A stretch of 63,225 nucleotides of DNA from positions 186,001-249,225 of the forward strand of contig QPGO01000122.1 of the NCBI GenBank assembly GCA_008632985.1. The letters run 5' to 3'. The notes beneath the pieces were generated by a model, which was not told the DNA's origin, ran no database searches, and saw nothing but the letters and a program-made list of their open reading frames with translations. The stretch comes from Psammoneis japonica (lineage: Eukaryota). This document shows positions 25,201-36,332 of the stretch, piece after piece. Position 1 is the stretch's first letter. The number at the start of each line of letters is the position of its first letter. The translations under genes were made by a program, and so were the position numbers.

Positions 25201-27852
25201 AGACTCGGTGCCAACAAACAGTTGGGCGCTGGTGCAACCAGAGTCGACGGCCGGGGTGTCGGCACAAACGGTGTCAGTGGCGACAGGCTCGTTGCGGCGG
25301 TGCACATTAAGGGCGGGGTTGGGTGATTTGTAGGCCTTGCGAAGGTGTGTACCGGCGGGCATGCGGGCGCACTGCGTGGTGCAGTCAAAAGTACGACGGA
25401 CCGTGTCGGCAGGTAGGAAGCCAAAGCAAGGTCGAAGAGACTCGAAGGGGGGGTCCTTGGGCTGTACAGTGCGCTCCGGAGGTGGAACGTCATCGCCCTG
25501 GGGGCCAATCGCATGCAGATGACACTCGTAGAACACGTCGTCGTTCGGAATGAGGTGATCATCGAGGGCGGACGCGTGATCGGCAGACAAGGAAGCGGAC
25601 ATGATGGTCTCGTTGACAACGACACGATGACGGCAGTTGCCGCATTCGTCAAATGGGTTGGCAGTGGGATCGTCCTGCAGGTCAGAGATCGCGTCGTGCC
25701 ACTGGTCGTCGTCAGTGACAGAGTGATCGAGGACGGAAGGGTCCCATGTGTCATCACCGGTGAGGATGACATGGGGCAGGGTGTCCCATTCGGCGTCAGT
25801 GTAAGGTCGCATGGCAACATGAGGCAGGCCAGCCTTGATGTCAATGGGGATGACACAGCCATCAGGAGTGGCAATGCGTTGCAAGCCGTTGGGCACCTTG
25901 ACAGAGCGATCGTTGACATCCTGTTTGTACCACTCGAGCTGGCCACAGGAATGGATGGTCTTGCCCTTGCCCGTGTGTGCGCACTGATGGAGGATGGCGA
26001 TGACGGGACCACGCTGGGTCTCAACAACGGCGCCAGCGGTGACAATGGGGATGTCCACCAATTGATGATCGTCAATGCCCTGAACGTCGACTTGGCGAGA
26101 GGTGCGTGCAATGACGCGAACATCGTCGCCAGCAATGCCGCCGTTGGCCCCACGATCGACCAGAGCGCCAGTGCGTGTGGAGCGATGAGCAGAGGCAGAG
26201 CAAATGACATTGTGGTTGTTGACGCGGCGGCAAGTGCGGCCGTTAAGTTCCATGTCATCTGCAGAAGCCGGCGGGGTAGAGGAAGCAGCAGATGGCCCCG
26301 GTCGACTGGCATTGGGGGCTTGGTCAGGAGACAACAGGCGTTGCAGATCACCGGGTGGCAGTGGCTTGCGCTTGGTGAGGTGCGCCAGGATGGGATTATC
26401 CGAAGTGGCGTCCACATGTGGAGCGGAGTCACCAGAGTCAGCAGGAGTCGTGTTGGACAAGTTGACATCACCATCACTCCCAAGGCGTTGGTCGTGAAGG
26501 TTGGCCGTAACAGACTCATGGCAGTTGCTGGCTCGCGGGTTGCGGGGAGGTGGACGAGAATGCTCAAGGATGATCGCCTTGGAGGAATCGGGCAACGAAT
26601 CCCAGAGCCGTTGGTGGTCGGGAGGGAGACGTCTCCATTGGACACCAGGGAGGCTGGGACCGCGGGTGTGGGCAGCATTGGCTTGAAGGACGTCAACGTC
26701 GCTGTCAATGTCGTAGAACGCATCGTCGGACGGTTCCTCGGAGCAGACGTCATGTGCGTGCATGGCGCGTCGGGGAGCTCGAGGTGTCGTTTTGGGTTGA
26801 AACGTGCTGTCGCACTGAGCTGCCGCGGAGAGGAGCAAGCCACAGTGTTGGTCGTATGTGAGGCTCTTGCCACTCTGCGTACGATGCTGATCAGCTTGGT
26901 TCTTGACAGCACGGAGTTCCTCGACAGGGTGCACGGCATTCTCGAGCATGACGCGCTTCTGTCCTTCAGAGAAGTGGTCACTGGCCGGGATGAGTGCCTC
27001 GCACTTGCGCAACTGATCTTGCCAATGAAGGATGAACCCGTGGGTCGGACCTTTCCAAGTGCCATCACCAAGACGCGCGGTGGTGAGGTGCGTGAGCAGG
27101 GTGGAGGACTCGACAGATGCGCGGGTGGAGGCAAGCGTGCACTCAGACAAGGAGCGGCAGACGGTCTGTGCGTCAGAGGACCCCACATTTTCGCGAATGA
27201 GAGCCTTGCCCTTGTCGGTGAGAAGGATGCGTTCGAAGACGGCGAACATGTGCTTTTGCTGTTCAGCAAAGAGCAGTTTGTCTTCGGGGCTGGTCGGTTT
27301 GTATGACGAGTCTAGAATGCACTCGACGTCTTGGGCACGGGCTTGTGCCACAAGTGAGGTGTGCCAAGTGTGCCACTGCTTGTCGGATTTGAGAGCCATG
27401 AAAGCGGTGGGATCACGCTTGATGCCTCGCTTGAAGTCCCGCACCGGGTCGCGTGCCTTGGTCGGGTTGGTGACATGTGGAGGTGCAAGGGGTGAGCTGC
27501 CGATGGACACAGAAGACATGCAGTCGGGGCTGAGGCGGCAGGCAAGGAACTCGTCATGCGTGAACAAAGAGGAGTCGTTGGCAACGTCAAGACCTTTGTG
27601 TGCTTTGACAATGTACAGACTGACCAGTGCTGCTAACATGTTCTTATAACCACGGGGCAAAGGGATTACATTAGTGCCGTTGTCGCACTCAAGCGAGTCG
27701 ATTTGGGACGGCATGAACGTGAACAGTTCCTGATGCGAGTCCGTGCCGTCTTGGGCCAAAGCCAAACGAAGAGGACTCCCAGCACCTTGGGCAAGCACGG
27801 TTCCAACCACGTGCTCGAAACCATCGGTTTGTTGCTGACGAGTGAGAACCAT
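22240..27852 (-). pseudogene. Copia gag-pol polyprotein with one in-frame TGA (23158-23160) and mutated catalytic motifs; 3' end approximate
   Basis: ATG at 27852 (MVLTRQQQ). Protease LVDRGANGG; integrase ATDT..ISDRA..NFAERR; RT KARLVADGH, DIGNAHL, KALHGL, HVDD; RNase H YVDAN, GSEFVAA, GDNKSV, NPADILSK. ORF 22096-23019 is in the same frame as 23158-27888. Confidence 0.92.
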
Positions 27853-28801
27853 GGCAGACAAAAGTGGTGTCAGGGATGGGACAATCAATTCTGGTTGGGA
27901 AGCGAAGGTAGACTCGAAACTTGGGTGAGAATGGACTTGACTTGAAATGGACTTGACTTGAAATCTTGAACTGTCTTAAAATCAGAAGTCGCCGGGCTTT
28001 GTCATGCCGTTCGTTGTCAAGTGCTGAACTTCCTGTCCGGTCCGTAGAGTTGTGCCGGCACGTCCGAACCCGCAGCCAGTGGCGCTTTGGGTTGCTTGTG
28101 AGCGGAGCAGCGGGTTGTAAACCCCTGCAGGTGAGCTGACTAGAGGTGGACAAGACCCCCAAACCATTCTTGTTTTACATCGGTTGGATTTCCCGATCAG
28201 GCTGGCCAGTTGACGTAGGCGTCAGGTGCTGTGGACAAACAAACAAACGCGGGAAAGCACCCTCGCCCCAACGTAGGCTGTAATCACGGCCACCTGCTCT
28301 CACAGTCGTCCTCGTGGACCTAGTGGAACTGCAGAGCACCAGTGGTCCGGGGTGGATCAGGTGCAATGGACTCGGTGTGCTTGTAGAGTGGCAGCAAAAC
28401 GGCAGTCCGAAGAGTGGATAAAGGTTCTTGGCCGTGAAGACATGTGTGTGTGCACACACATGTCTTCAGCGACTAAGATCCTTGAATGTGTAGGGTTCTT
28501 GACCGTCAACCGAGGAACAGGCATGTCAAGGGATGTTGATCAAGGACAGACTTGGATGTGACCGTTGAACACAAGTCTTCAGCGATCAAAGGTGGTGCAA
28601 TCAATCCAGATGTCCAGCGGCAAGGAGACTTGACGGTGACGTTAACTTCCTGCCGATGCCCTGGTTTTGAATGCGCGTAGACTTGCCGATGCATGTAGAA
28701 CACACACGGAGGTCCACGCAGAATTGAAATGGCGTTGTTGGTAAATCAACGACGACGATGGCGGTTGCTCAATGGGTTGACAATGAGCAAGACTGTCAAT
28801 C

Positions 28802-29078
28802 TGTCAGAAATTGAAGGCAAATGGCAAGAATTCAAACAACAACTCCTTGCTGCTGTCTAAATGGCAGATGAGTCTCCGCTCAGAGACCGTCACAGGAGCC
28901 GAAAGACGTGCAAGTCGGCACAATCGGGCTGCTGTTGTTATTCTTGTGAGCCTTGTGGCTCGAAAGCAAACTACATCGCGCGTAAAACGCGCGGAACTAA
29001 AGCACACAAAACTGTGCACGGTAAACTAAACAGCGCGCGATGCTTCGCGCGCACCTAAATCCTGTTCAAATCCTGTCA
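28802..29078 (-). repeat. 5' LTR
   Basis: 277-bp copy of 21960-22235. Confidence 0.95.
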
Positions 29079-29090
29079 CAATTGGCGACA

Positions 29091-30309
29091 ATGGTGAGGA
29101 AGAAGAAGAAAGAAACTGCGGGGGTGGCTGGAGATCAACCAACAAGCCCAAGGCCAGCCGCAGCGTTGGTGCGGGTGGGAGCCACTGGGGATCACCAGTC
29201 TGTGGAGAGGCAGAAGAGGTGGCGCGGAAGGAACTTTTCCCAAAGGCAAAATTCCTTGTCAAGGCGGACATGGCAAGCAGTGGCAAAGTGTCGCGGCTCA
29301 TCAGGAAAAAGACAGCCGGAGGAAATTGCAGCAAGCGAGACTGGGCGGGAGCATGGGAAGACTGGGCAAAGAAGTGCGTCATGCATGCAATTAACGCAAA
29401 AAGGAGCACGGTCACTCAGGCGATCAAGAACAATGCAACGGCTGGCAAGTGTTTTGTGGTGCATGGCATGTTGAGTGCAGTTGCACTTGACACAGCTGCA
29501 CCTTCATTTGTTGAAGTCGTGTTGACAGAGAATGAAGCAGAGGAGATGCACAGTCAGAAGCCGGCAGCAAAGGGTGGAGGTGGGAAGAAGAGCAAGAAGA
29601 GGAAGAAGAATGATCGCATGGAAGAGGAAGAGCCATTCCTGGCGACTTGGGGGGAGGAGACTGTGACAACGATTGTGGAGGACAAGCGCAAGAACAAGGA
29701 AGCACATGCTTGGTTCTACGAAAACATCCTGAAATTCACAAAGAGCACCGCCACATGGAGAAGGAAGGCAGAGTCGGGTGAGACAAAGGCAACCGGTCTG
29801 GCTACAGTGAGCAACGAGGCTCCAGTGCTGTTGACATTGGAAAACTGCTGGAAGAGTTGGGAGCACAAGGCACGTCATGACAAGACTGTTGCAGCAGGGG
29901 GGGTTCGGACGAAGAAGATGAGGAAGAGTCGGAACCAACACCCAAGTGCACGGACCCGTTGAGGCAATGAGACTCGTGGAAAGATGCAGGGATCAAGCGA
30001 TTCAACAAACTGCTTGCGGCAGCAAAGAAAGACAGGTTGAGTGAAGAGGGCATGCAGTTCGACACATGGTGCAGCAAAGGCAAGAAAAGGAAGAGTGACG
30101 AAAGAGGCAAGGGATCAAAAAGAAAGAAAAAGCAGGTGGAGGAGGCAAGAACACAGGCAACGACAGAGCTTTCAAGTGATGACAAGGAGAAGGAGGAAGA
30201 GGTGACGGACGAGAACAGAGGAGACAAGGACAGTGACGAAGGGGAGGAGGACAGTGATGCGGAAAGTGATGCGAGTGCAGATGCAGATGGTGAGCGAGCT
30301 GCGGCATGA
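29091..30309 (+). pseudogene. Transposon accessory gene, arm B copy; the copia inserted about 12 bp upstream of its ATG
   Basis: MVRKKKKETAG.., RKELFPKAKFL.., SNEAPVLLTLENCWKSW.., acidic tail; mirror of 3862-5086. Confidence 0.6.
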
Positions 30310-32399
30310 AAAGGCAGCGGAGGCTTTTGTCAGTGTGACAATGGAAAGAGGACAAGCAATGTAGCAGGTTTCAATGTTGACAGTCACAAGGTTTGACAAA
30401 GTGTCAAAGGGATCATTGTTTTATGATCTAACCTTTCGTTTGACAACCAGTGCATGCAACAGAACCAGTGCATGCAACAGAAGGTTCTCTTGACCAATGT
30501 GACGCAATGATTGGCATTAATTTGTTGTCAACCAAAACGTTGTGAACATTGCTTTCAAAAGGTAAAAAGTGACGGAATTCTGACAGTCAAGGGAGGGGTC
30601 CCACAGGCAAAGGAGGGGTCCCATGGTGAAAAATGTAACACTGTGACACATGACAAGAAATCACGTTCTACACAACTCACTCAACATGAAACTGTTGCAT
30701 TTACACCTGCAATGGCATTAAAAATTGCCCACAAGAAGGGTGGTCAGGATCACTGTGTTTTGCGCTCTGATGGGGGGGGCAAAAAAAAAGGGTGCAAGCA
30801 AGCTTTTGTTTTGGTGCCAAAGCAAGTCTCACATTGTTGTGTGTCACATCATCATTTGTTGCTCACTGAATTCTCTGCAACACCTGCCCTTTCCTCCAAG
30901 TGCACCTCAAGTGACCACAGCCTGGCCAGCAAGCTTTGCAACATGCTTTTTGCCACACTTCTCACTGCCACACAAAGATGTGTGGCATCTTTTTTCTCAA
31001 GGTGGCACAGCTGATGCCTGGCATCTTCAACAGCACCCAACCTTCATTCTTGTGCCATGGCCAAGTGTCTTTGTCACATTCTTGTCCTCATGCACAATGT
31101 CTTCTTTCCACACAGGGCTCTTTTTCCCTTTCTTTGGCTGGCGGGTCTTTCTGTGCACGTGCGAGGTTGTTTTTGCAGAAATGGCACTCTCCACAACTGC
31201 AAGCAGGTGTGTTTGCCTTCTGTCAGACCCACCTTGGCTTTGTCACAGGGCCACTTGTGTCCACCCAAAATCTGTGACAGTGCCCATTCCAAGATTGTCC
31301 ATCATCCATTTGAACTTCCATCATGTTGGCTTGGTGAATTTGCAAAAGGGGTGCTCCACTTTTGTGGCTTTTTTGTTGCAATTTTCATCACATGAGTCAC
31401 CCCCCAGTCACTCTGTCTGGGCTGCAACAGCACATGATGCACAGGTGGCATCAATTTTCCTTCAAGGCAATTGACCAGTCAGCAGTCTCCCTGCTGTCTT
31501 CTCTGTCAACTGCAAGCATAAACTTGGCACAGTCAGGAATGACAGCATGTGGGGGAGACAGAAACTTGGCTGTGCTCATTGTTGTCCCATCTTGTGGTTG
31601 TCCAGCAAAAACCGAGCATGTTTTCTGTCTTTCCAAGTTGTTGCCCCCACATGACAAACCCAGCTGCACCACTCCTGTTTCCTTTCACACCCTTCTGAGC
31701 CCAGCACAACTGCCCATGAGGCATCTTTGACAAAGCCTCTGCCAACAGTTTGTGGGAGAGGAGAAGTCACTGGCTGCCTTGGAGACTTTTTTCAACTTCT
31801 TCACAGTGTTGTGTGCCAGTTTCATGAGCTCTTCAGATCAAAGAAAATGGTCACTTGATGTTTGTACCCTTCGCCTGACAAGAGGACCCAGCTTGGGATC
31901 CACAGCCAATGACCTTGGAACAACTTGAGAGGGGAGGTGTCATCATGGTCTTTGCCAGGGCGTTCTCATTGTGTGCAGAGACACCCAGTTTCTGTGCAAC
32001 ACAAGGCCCGCACTTTCATGCCATGTTTGATTGTTTTGGCTCCAGGCATGCACTGAGCAAACTTTGCCATGCTTCCATCTGCAACATGTTTCCATGCTCA
32101 ACCAGAAGACCACTGATCAATGATCAACATGTTCACAATTGTGCTGATTGTTTTCACAACTGCCAAATTTACTTCAGCGCCAATTTTGTCTCATGATGGT
32201 TTTAACTCACAAACAATTGAAGGTGTTTTGCTCATTGAAAGTCACCTGTGTGGCTTGTTTTAACCACATTTTAAACTTGTTAAGAACAGCTGCATTTGTT
32301 CTCTTTTCCTTCCATTTCTCAGCTTGCTGCCTTTGTGGTTTGCTCTGTTTCTGCTGCACATTTGTCCTTTTTTCCCACTGGACACTGCTGCAACATCTG

Positions 32400-33540
32400 C
32401 CAACAACAATGGCACACCCCTGCCACAATCCACTCTGTCCTGGTTGGACACAATGTCTGACAACAATGACAAGCAAGCTCTCCACCAACCTTTTCAAAGG
32501 CATCCCCAGTGTTCTTCCATTTTGGCCTGAGCAATGCACCTCCCTCCCCTGACCACTCCCTGAGCAACAAATGCCACCTCATGCTCTTTTGATGCATCAG
32601 GATCTCTCAGTCATTCCTTCAACTCAAGCACCAATGGATTCATGTTCCTGTCCCTTCTTGATGGTGATCCATCACACTCATCTGGGGCGTTCTGCAATCC
32701 CCAGGTTGTCCAGTCTTGTCAGTGGTCACATGAGGAGAAGTGCTGTCCCAAAATGCTGAATGAGTGCGTTTGTGGCTCTCTTGACACCAGAGATTGGTGA
32801 GAGCAAGCAAGCTGAGAATCAAATGTTCTCTGGCTGAGCTGGGCAATGATGTTCCTTCCAGGTCACACTTTGTTTGTCCTGTTGTGTGTTGTTTGACAAT
32901 TTCACTCTCTGTGACAACACAGGTCATCTCCAAGCACAACCCATTCTTGTGACATTGGGCAATTTGAGTGACAAGGGTTGCCACAGCCACTCCCTTTGGT
33001 CAACACTGGGGATGACTCCACCACACCTGAAGACCAGCAATGACAAAACCACAGACCGGTGGTCAAAGCTGAGACAGGAGACATGCACTGAGTTCTGCCA
33101 CAGCACCTTGCAGGAGATGTTTGTTGAGTTGCTTCACCTTTTGAAGCACAAGACTGGTTTTCCCATTGTTGTTCCATCTCTTGGGTTTGTCCATGTTCAA
33201 TCTCAATTGTGCATGACAATCGGCAATGTGAAAGGTCATGACAACATGGCTTGTCACTGTGACTCCCATTCTGGCAACATGTCTCAGATGAATCAGGGCT
33301 GCAACACACCAGAGTGCTTTTGTGATGATTCAATGTTTGGCTGCAATTTGGCAGGCTGCCACAATCACTGTCAAGGAAAGGCACAATGGCAATGTGACCA
33401 CAGCTCATGAATGGTGCAAGGACATTTCACAGAACTTGGCTTGTCCTGTTTTTTGGGATGTCCCTCATGGCAGAGAAACAAGGCAGCAACTGCCCTTCCA
33501 TCACATTTGAGAAATGTTTCAGAGTTGCCACACAAATGCC
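32400..33540 (+). pseudogene. Heavily decayed Plavaka-type transposase of a second family; extent approximate
   Basis: ORF 32874-33410 reads TLCDNTGHLQAQPILVTLGNL...WSTLGMTP...EFCHSTL...IGNVKGHDNMAC, the same motif order as the arm transposases (D.T..G...P...TLGN; W..LG..P; GD..G.D). Confidence 0.6.
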
Positions 33541-33876
33541 CAGAAGGCAAAGTGATCAGAAGATGCCAACAAGAACTCCATTTAAGAACAAAGTTGCCAA
33601 CCCAACTGATCTGTCTGGTCTCAAGAGCATCTTGGTCTGTTGCTTGAAACAGTTGCTGCAATGAAATGCGTGCTTTTAAAGGAAGATGAAAGCCAGGAGC
33701 CACTGAAGAGTCCAGAAGGCAAAGTGATCAGAAGATGCCAAGAACTCCATTTAAGAGCAAAGTCACTGACCAGACTCATCTGCCTGGCCAAGAGCATCCC
33801 AGTCTGTTGCTTGCAACACTGCTGCAATGAAAGGCATGCTTTCAAAGGAAGATGAAAGCCTGGAGCCACTGGAGAG
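33540..33876. repeat. ~172-bp direct tandem duplication
   Basis: ccagaaggcaaagtgatcagaagatgccaa starts at 33540 and 33712; both units end in gatgaaagcc.ggagccactg. Confidence 0.85.
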
Positions 33877-35735
33877 GAGTCACTTCATCCACCTGATGTT
33901 CGTGTTTTTGGGATTGGATGTGGCGCTGTCCCTCTCCTCACACAAGGCTTCAGAAATGCATTCTCAAGCATCTCAAATTGTTCCAAAAATCTGGGTGAGT
34001 GTCCAGTGCTCAGCATGCACACATCAAACACTCAACAATTGCCAGTGAGGAGATTTGCTGCAGGCATGTTTGCTCTCCTGTGAAAAGTGAACCCACTTTG
34101 AATGTCCAACATCACCACACCACAGTTTTGTGCTTTTCACAACATTGTTGCCCAACCAGGGCTCACTTGTCACTTTGCTGGTCACTGCATTTGGCAAACA
34201 TTTCATCCTCAAACTCTGAATCCTCTGAAACAAACAACTCTGACTCACATTCCCAGTGGATCTCATCATCCAACCCAACACAATGCATGCCAAAGTGTTT
34301 TTCCTGGTGATTCTTGTCCTTCTGCCATGTTCTTGTTTTGACAGCCTGCATTTCTTGCACGCAACCAAGATCAAATGAAGTGGAGGGGGAGAGGGTTTCA
34401 TGTTTTGTGCCTGCCTTTTGCATCTGTCCACACACCTCCCTCCTCAAAAAGAGTGCTGGTTTGGGCATCTCTGATGAGTGGTGCTCACATGTCACTTGCA
34501 AAACTTCAGATGGGAGTGCAGGGACAATGTGCCTTGAGCTTGGTGCGCCAGCAGGACAAAGATTTCTGGATTGAAACAATCATGCAACACACATGGCTGT
34601 TCCACTTCCACTGCCACATTGAAGTTGATTGTTTGGAGTTGTTCTGCATCACATCTGGTCAAGTCACCATTGTCAGGCAGCCAGCACACCACTCTCTGTG
34701 TGCTTTTCAACCACTTTCAGATTGCCCACATGAGCAAACATTGGAAGGTGTTGTCTGATGGGAAGTGCAAAAAAAAAAGAGCTTCCTGACCCCTCTTCAT
34801 CTCAGAGGAATGAACGCAAGCCCCAACAATGTTGCCAAAATCATTTGCCTGCACACTCATGCCTCATCCACTCACTCACACTTCTGAATGAACTGAAAGT
34901 CTTGTGCACACATGTCCATGTCTGACAAAAAAAATGCAACTGCACTTCTGTCTCTGTCTGTCAGAGCCATCTTGTCATGAAAAGCATCAACAAGAAATGT
35001 TGTCACATCATGGCACTTGCCAACAGGCACATGTTTGGTCTTGCCAATCCCCAAACTCACCACATGGATTGCAGACACACCTCTGTTGCCACCGCTGCTG
35101 TTGCTGCATCAACCAGGTGCAGAAGCTAAAAAGTGAGCATGAGACCCGCAACTCATGATCATCCACTGCAACATTGTCTGTCCTGCAAAAACCACCTCAC
35201 ACCCTGATGTTGCAGCAACAGGGTCATGCCTGGAACAAGGACAAATCAATGCACTGCAAATCACGCATGGTCCCTTTCAAGTCCTGAGGATGTGGAGCAT
35301 CCCAAGCAAACATTGAGCCCAGCTCTGGATGACCAAAATGCTCAGTCATTTGTGCCACTGCAAACAGCAGCAAGCCAGCAAGAAGAAAACTGGTGCACTG
35401 GCAACCCAGCCTTCATGACTGTCCACAGCAATGCACGCACACTCCTCAAGTGTCACTCTTGTCCCCTCCTTCTATGACCAGCACATGCAGTTTTGTGTCT
35501 CTCACCCTCTCCAGGAATTCTTTGTGATGGCACACAGGGAGAGTGCAACAAAACAATTTCTTCCATGTGTTGCTGACCCACGAGACCTGAAACAAGCGCG
35601 CCCTGCAACAAACGCACAGAACATCAGAGCCGCAACAACCTTTTTGCACACACTTGCAGAGCTGCACCACGCTGTGGATTTTCTCTCTTGGTTTCATGTC
35701 TTGCCTGAAAGCAAGCCACTGAGAGCCAAGGAAGA

Positions 35736-36332
35736 GTGGCTGCACAGTTTGGGGGAAGTCTCCAGCCAGCTGCTGGCTGAAAAATGTCTGCTCGTCAGTG
35801 CGTTTGGGGGTTTTGCCATCAGAATTTTTACGTGCGCAAAAGACAACGAGTCTGTACAGCGTTCACCAAAACCCCCTAACGCACAGATTGACAGACTCTT
35901 TCAGCACAAATTCTGCACAAGATTCTTCAGCCAGCTAGCAGCTTTCAAAAGTCTGCCCGACGTAGACGCCCGTAGACTTGCACTGGTTTTTCATCAAAAG
36001 TCTGCCCGTTCGGAACGTAGCTTCTACACGATTTTTGTACTAGTGTATCTCATGAACCGTGGGCTTTTCTACGTGATTTTTTGTGTAGAATTCGTACGAC
36101 GGAAATCAAACCGAACATCTCACGAGCCAGCGTTCTTTTTGGGATTTGTTGCGTACACAGTGTACCAGATTCTCGTATGTAGATAGAAAGGTAGAAAAGA
36201 CAAACAAGCATGCTGGGAACTTTAGTGAAATTCTACGTAATCGGGCAGACTTTTGTCGCGGGCAGACTTTTGGGAGCTGCCAGCCAGCAGCTGGCTGGAG
36301 ACTTCCCCCAAGTTGTGGCACTGTGCAGCCAC
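35736..36332. repeat. Nested inverted-repeat structure around a TA/CG-retaining island
   Basis: Perfect 30-bp IR at 35750-35779 and 36281-36310; aaaagtctgcccg x2 facing cgggcagactttt x2; inner ~18-bp IR at ~35799-35816 and ~35867-35884. Confidence 0.8.

Larger units (their letters stand above)
21960..29078 (-). mobile_element. Full-length Ty1/copia LTR retrotransposon (diatom CoDi-like)
   Basis: Two ~276-bp LTRs with TG...CA ends, 5-bp TSD CAATT (21955-21959 and 29079-29083), PPT, and gag-PR-IN-RT-RNaseH domain order. Confidence 0.97.
13871..30772. repeat. Right arm (B) of the inverted duplication, interrupted by the copia element
   Basis: See arm A. The empty site in arm A (aattg at ~5094-5098) has a single CAATT where arm B has CAATT-[LTR element]-CAATT. 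Confidence 0.93.

Noticed and set aside
24975..27306. Long alternative-frame and antisense ORFs (764 aa, 597 aa) and the hundreds of short His/Cys-rich ORFs in TE regions
   Set aside because: These are by-products of losing TAA/TAG stops through TA depletion. They overlap gag-pol or transposases and have no recognisable motifs.
3398..30772. Sequencing error or a simple chimeric foldback read
   Set aside because: The changes are confined to TEs while adjacent genes are clean, and the arms differ by many substitutions, indels and a TSD-flanked copia. A haplotype mis-join is not excluded.
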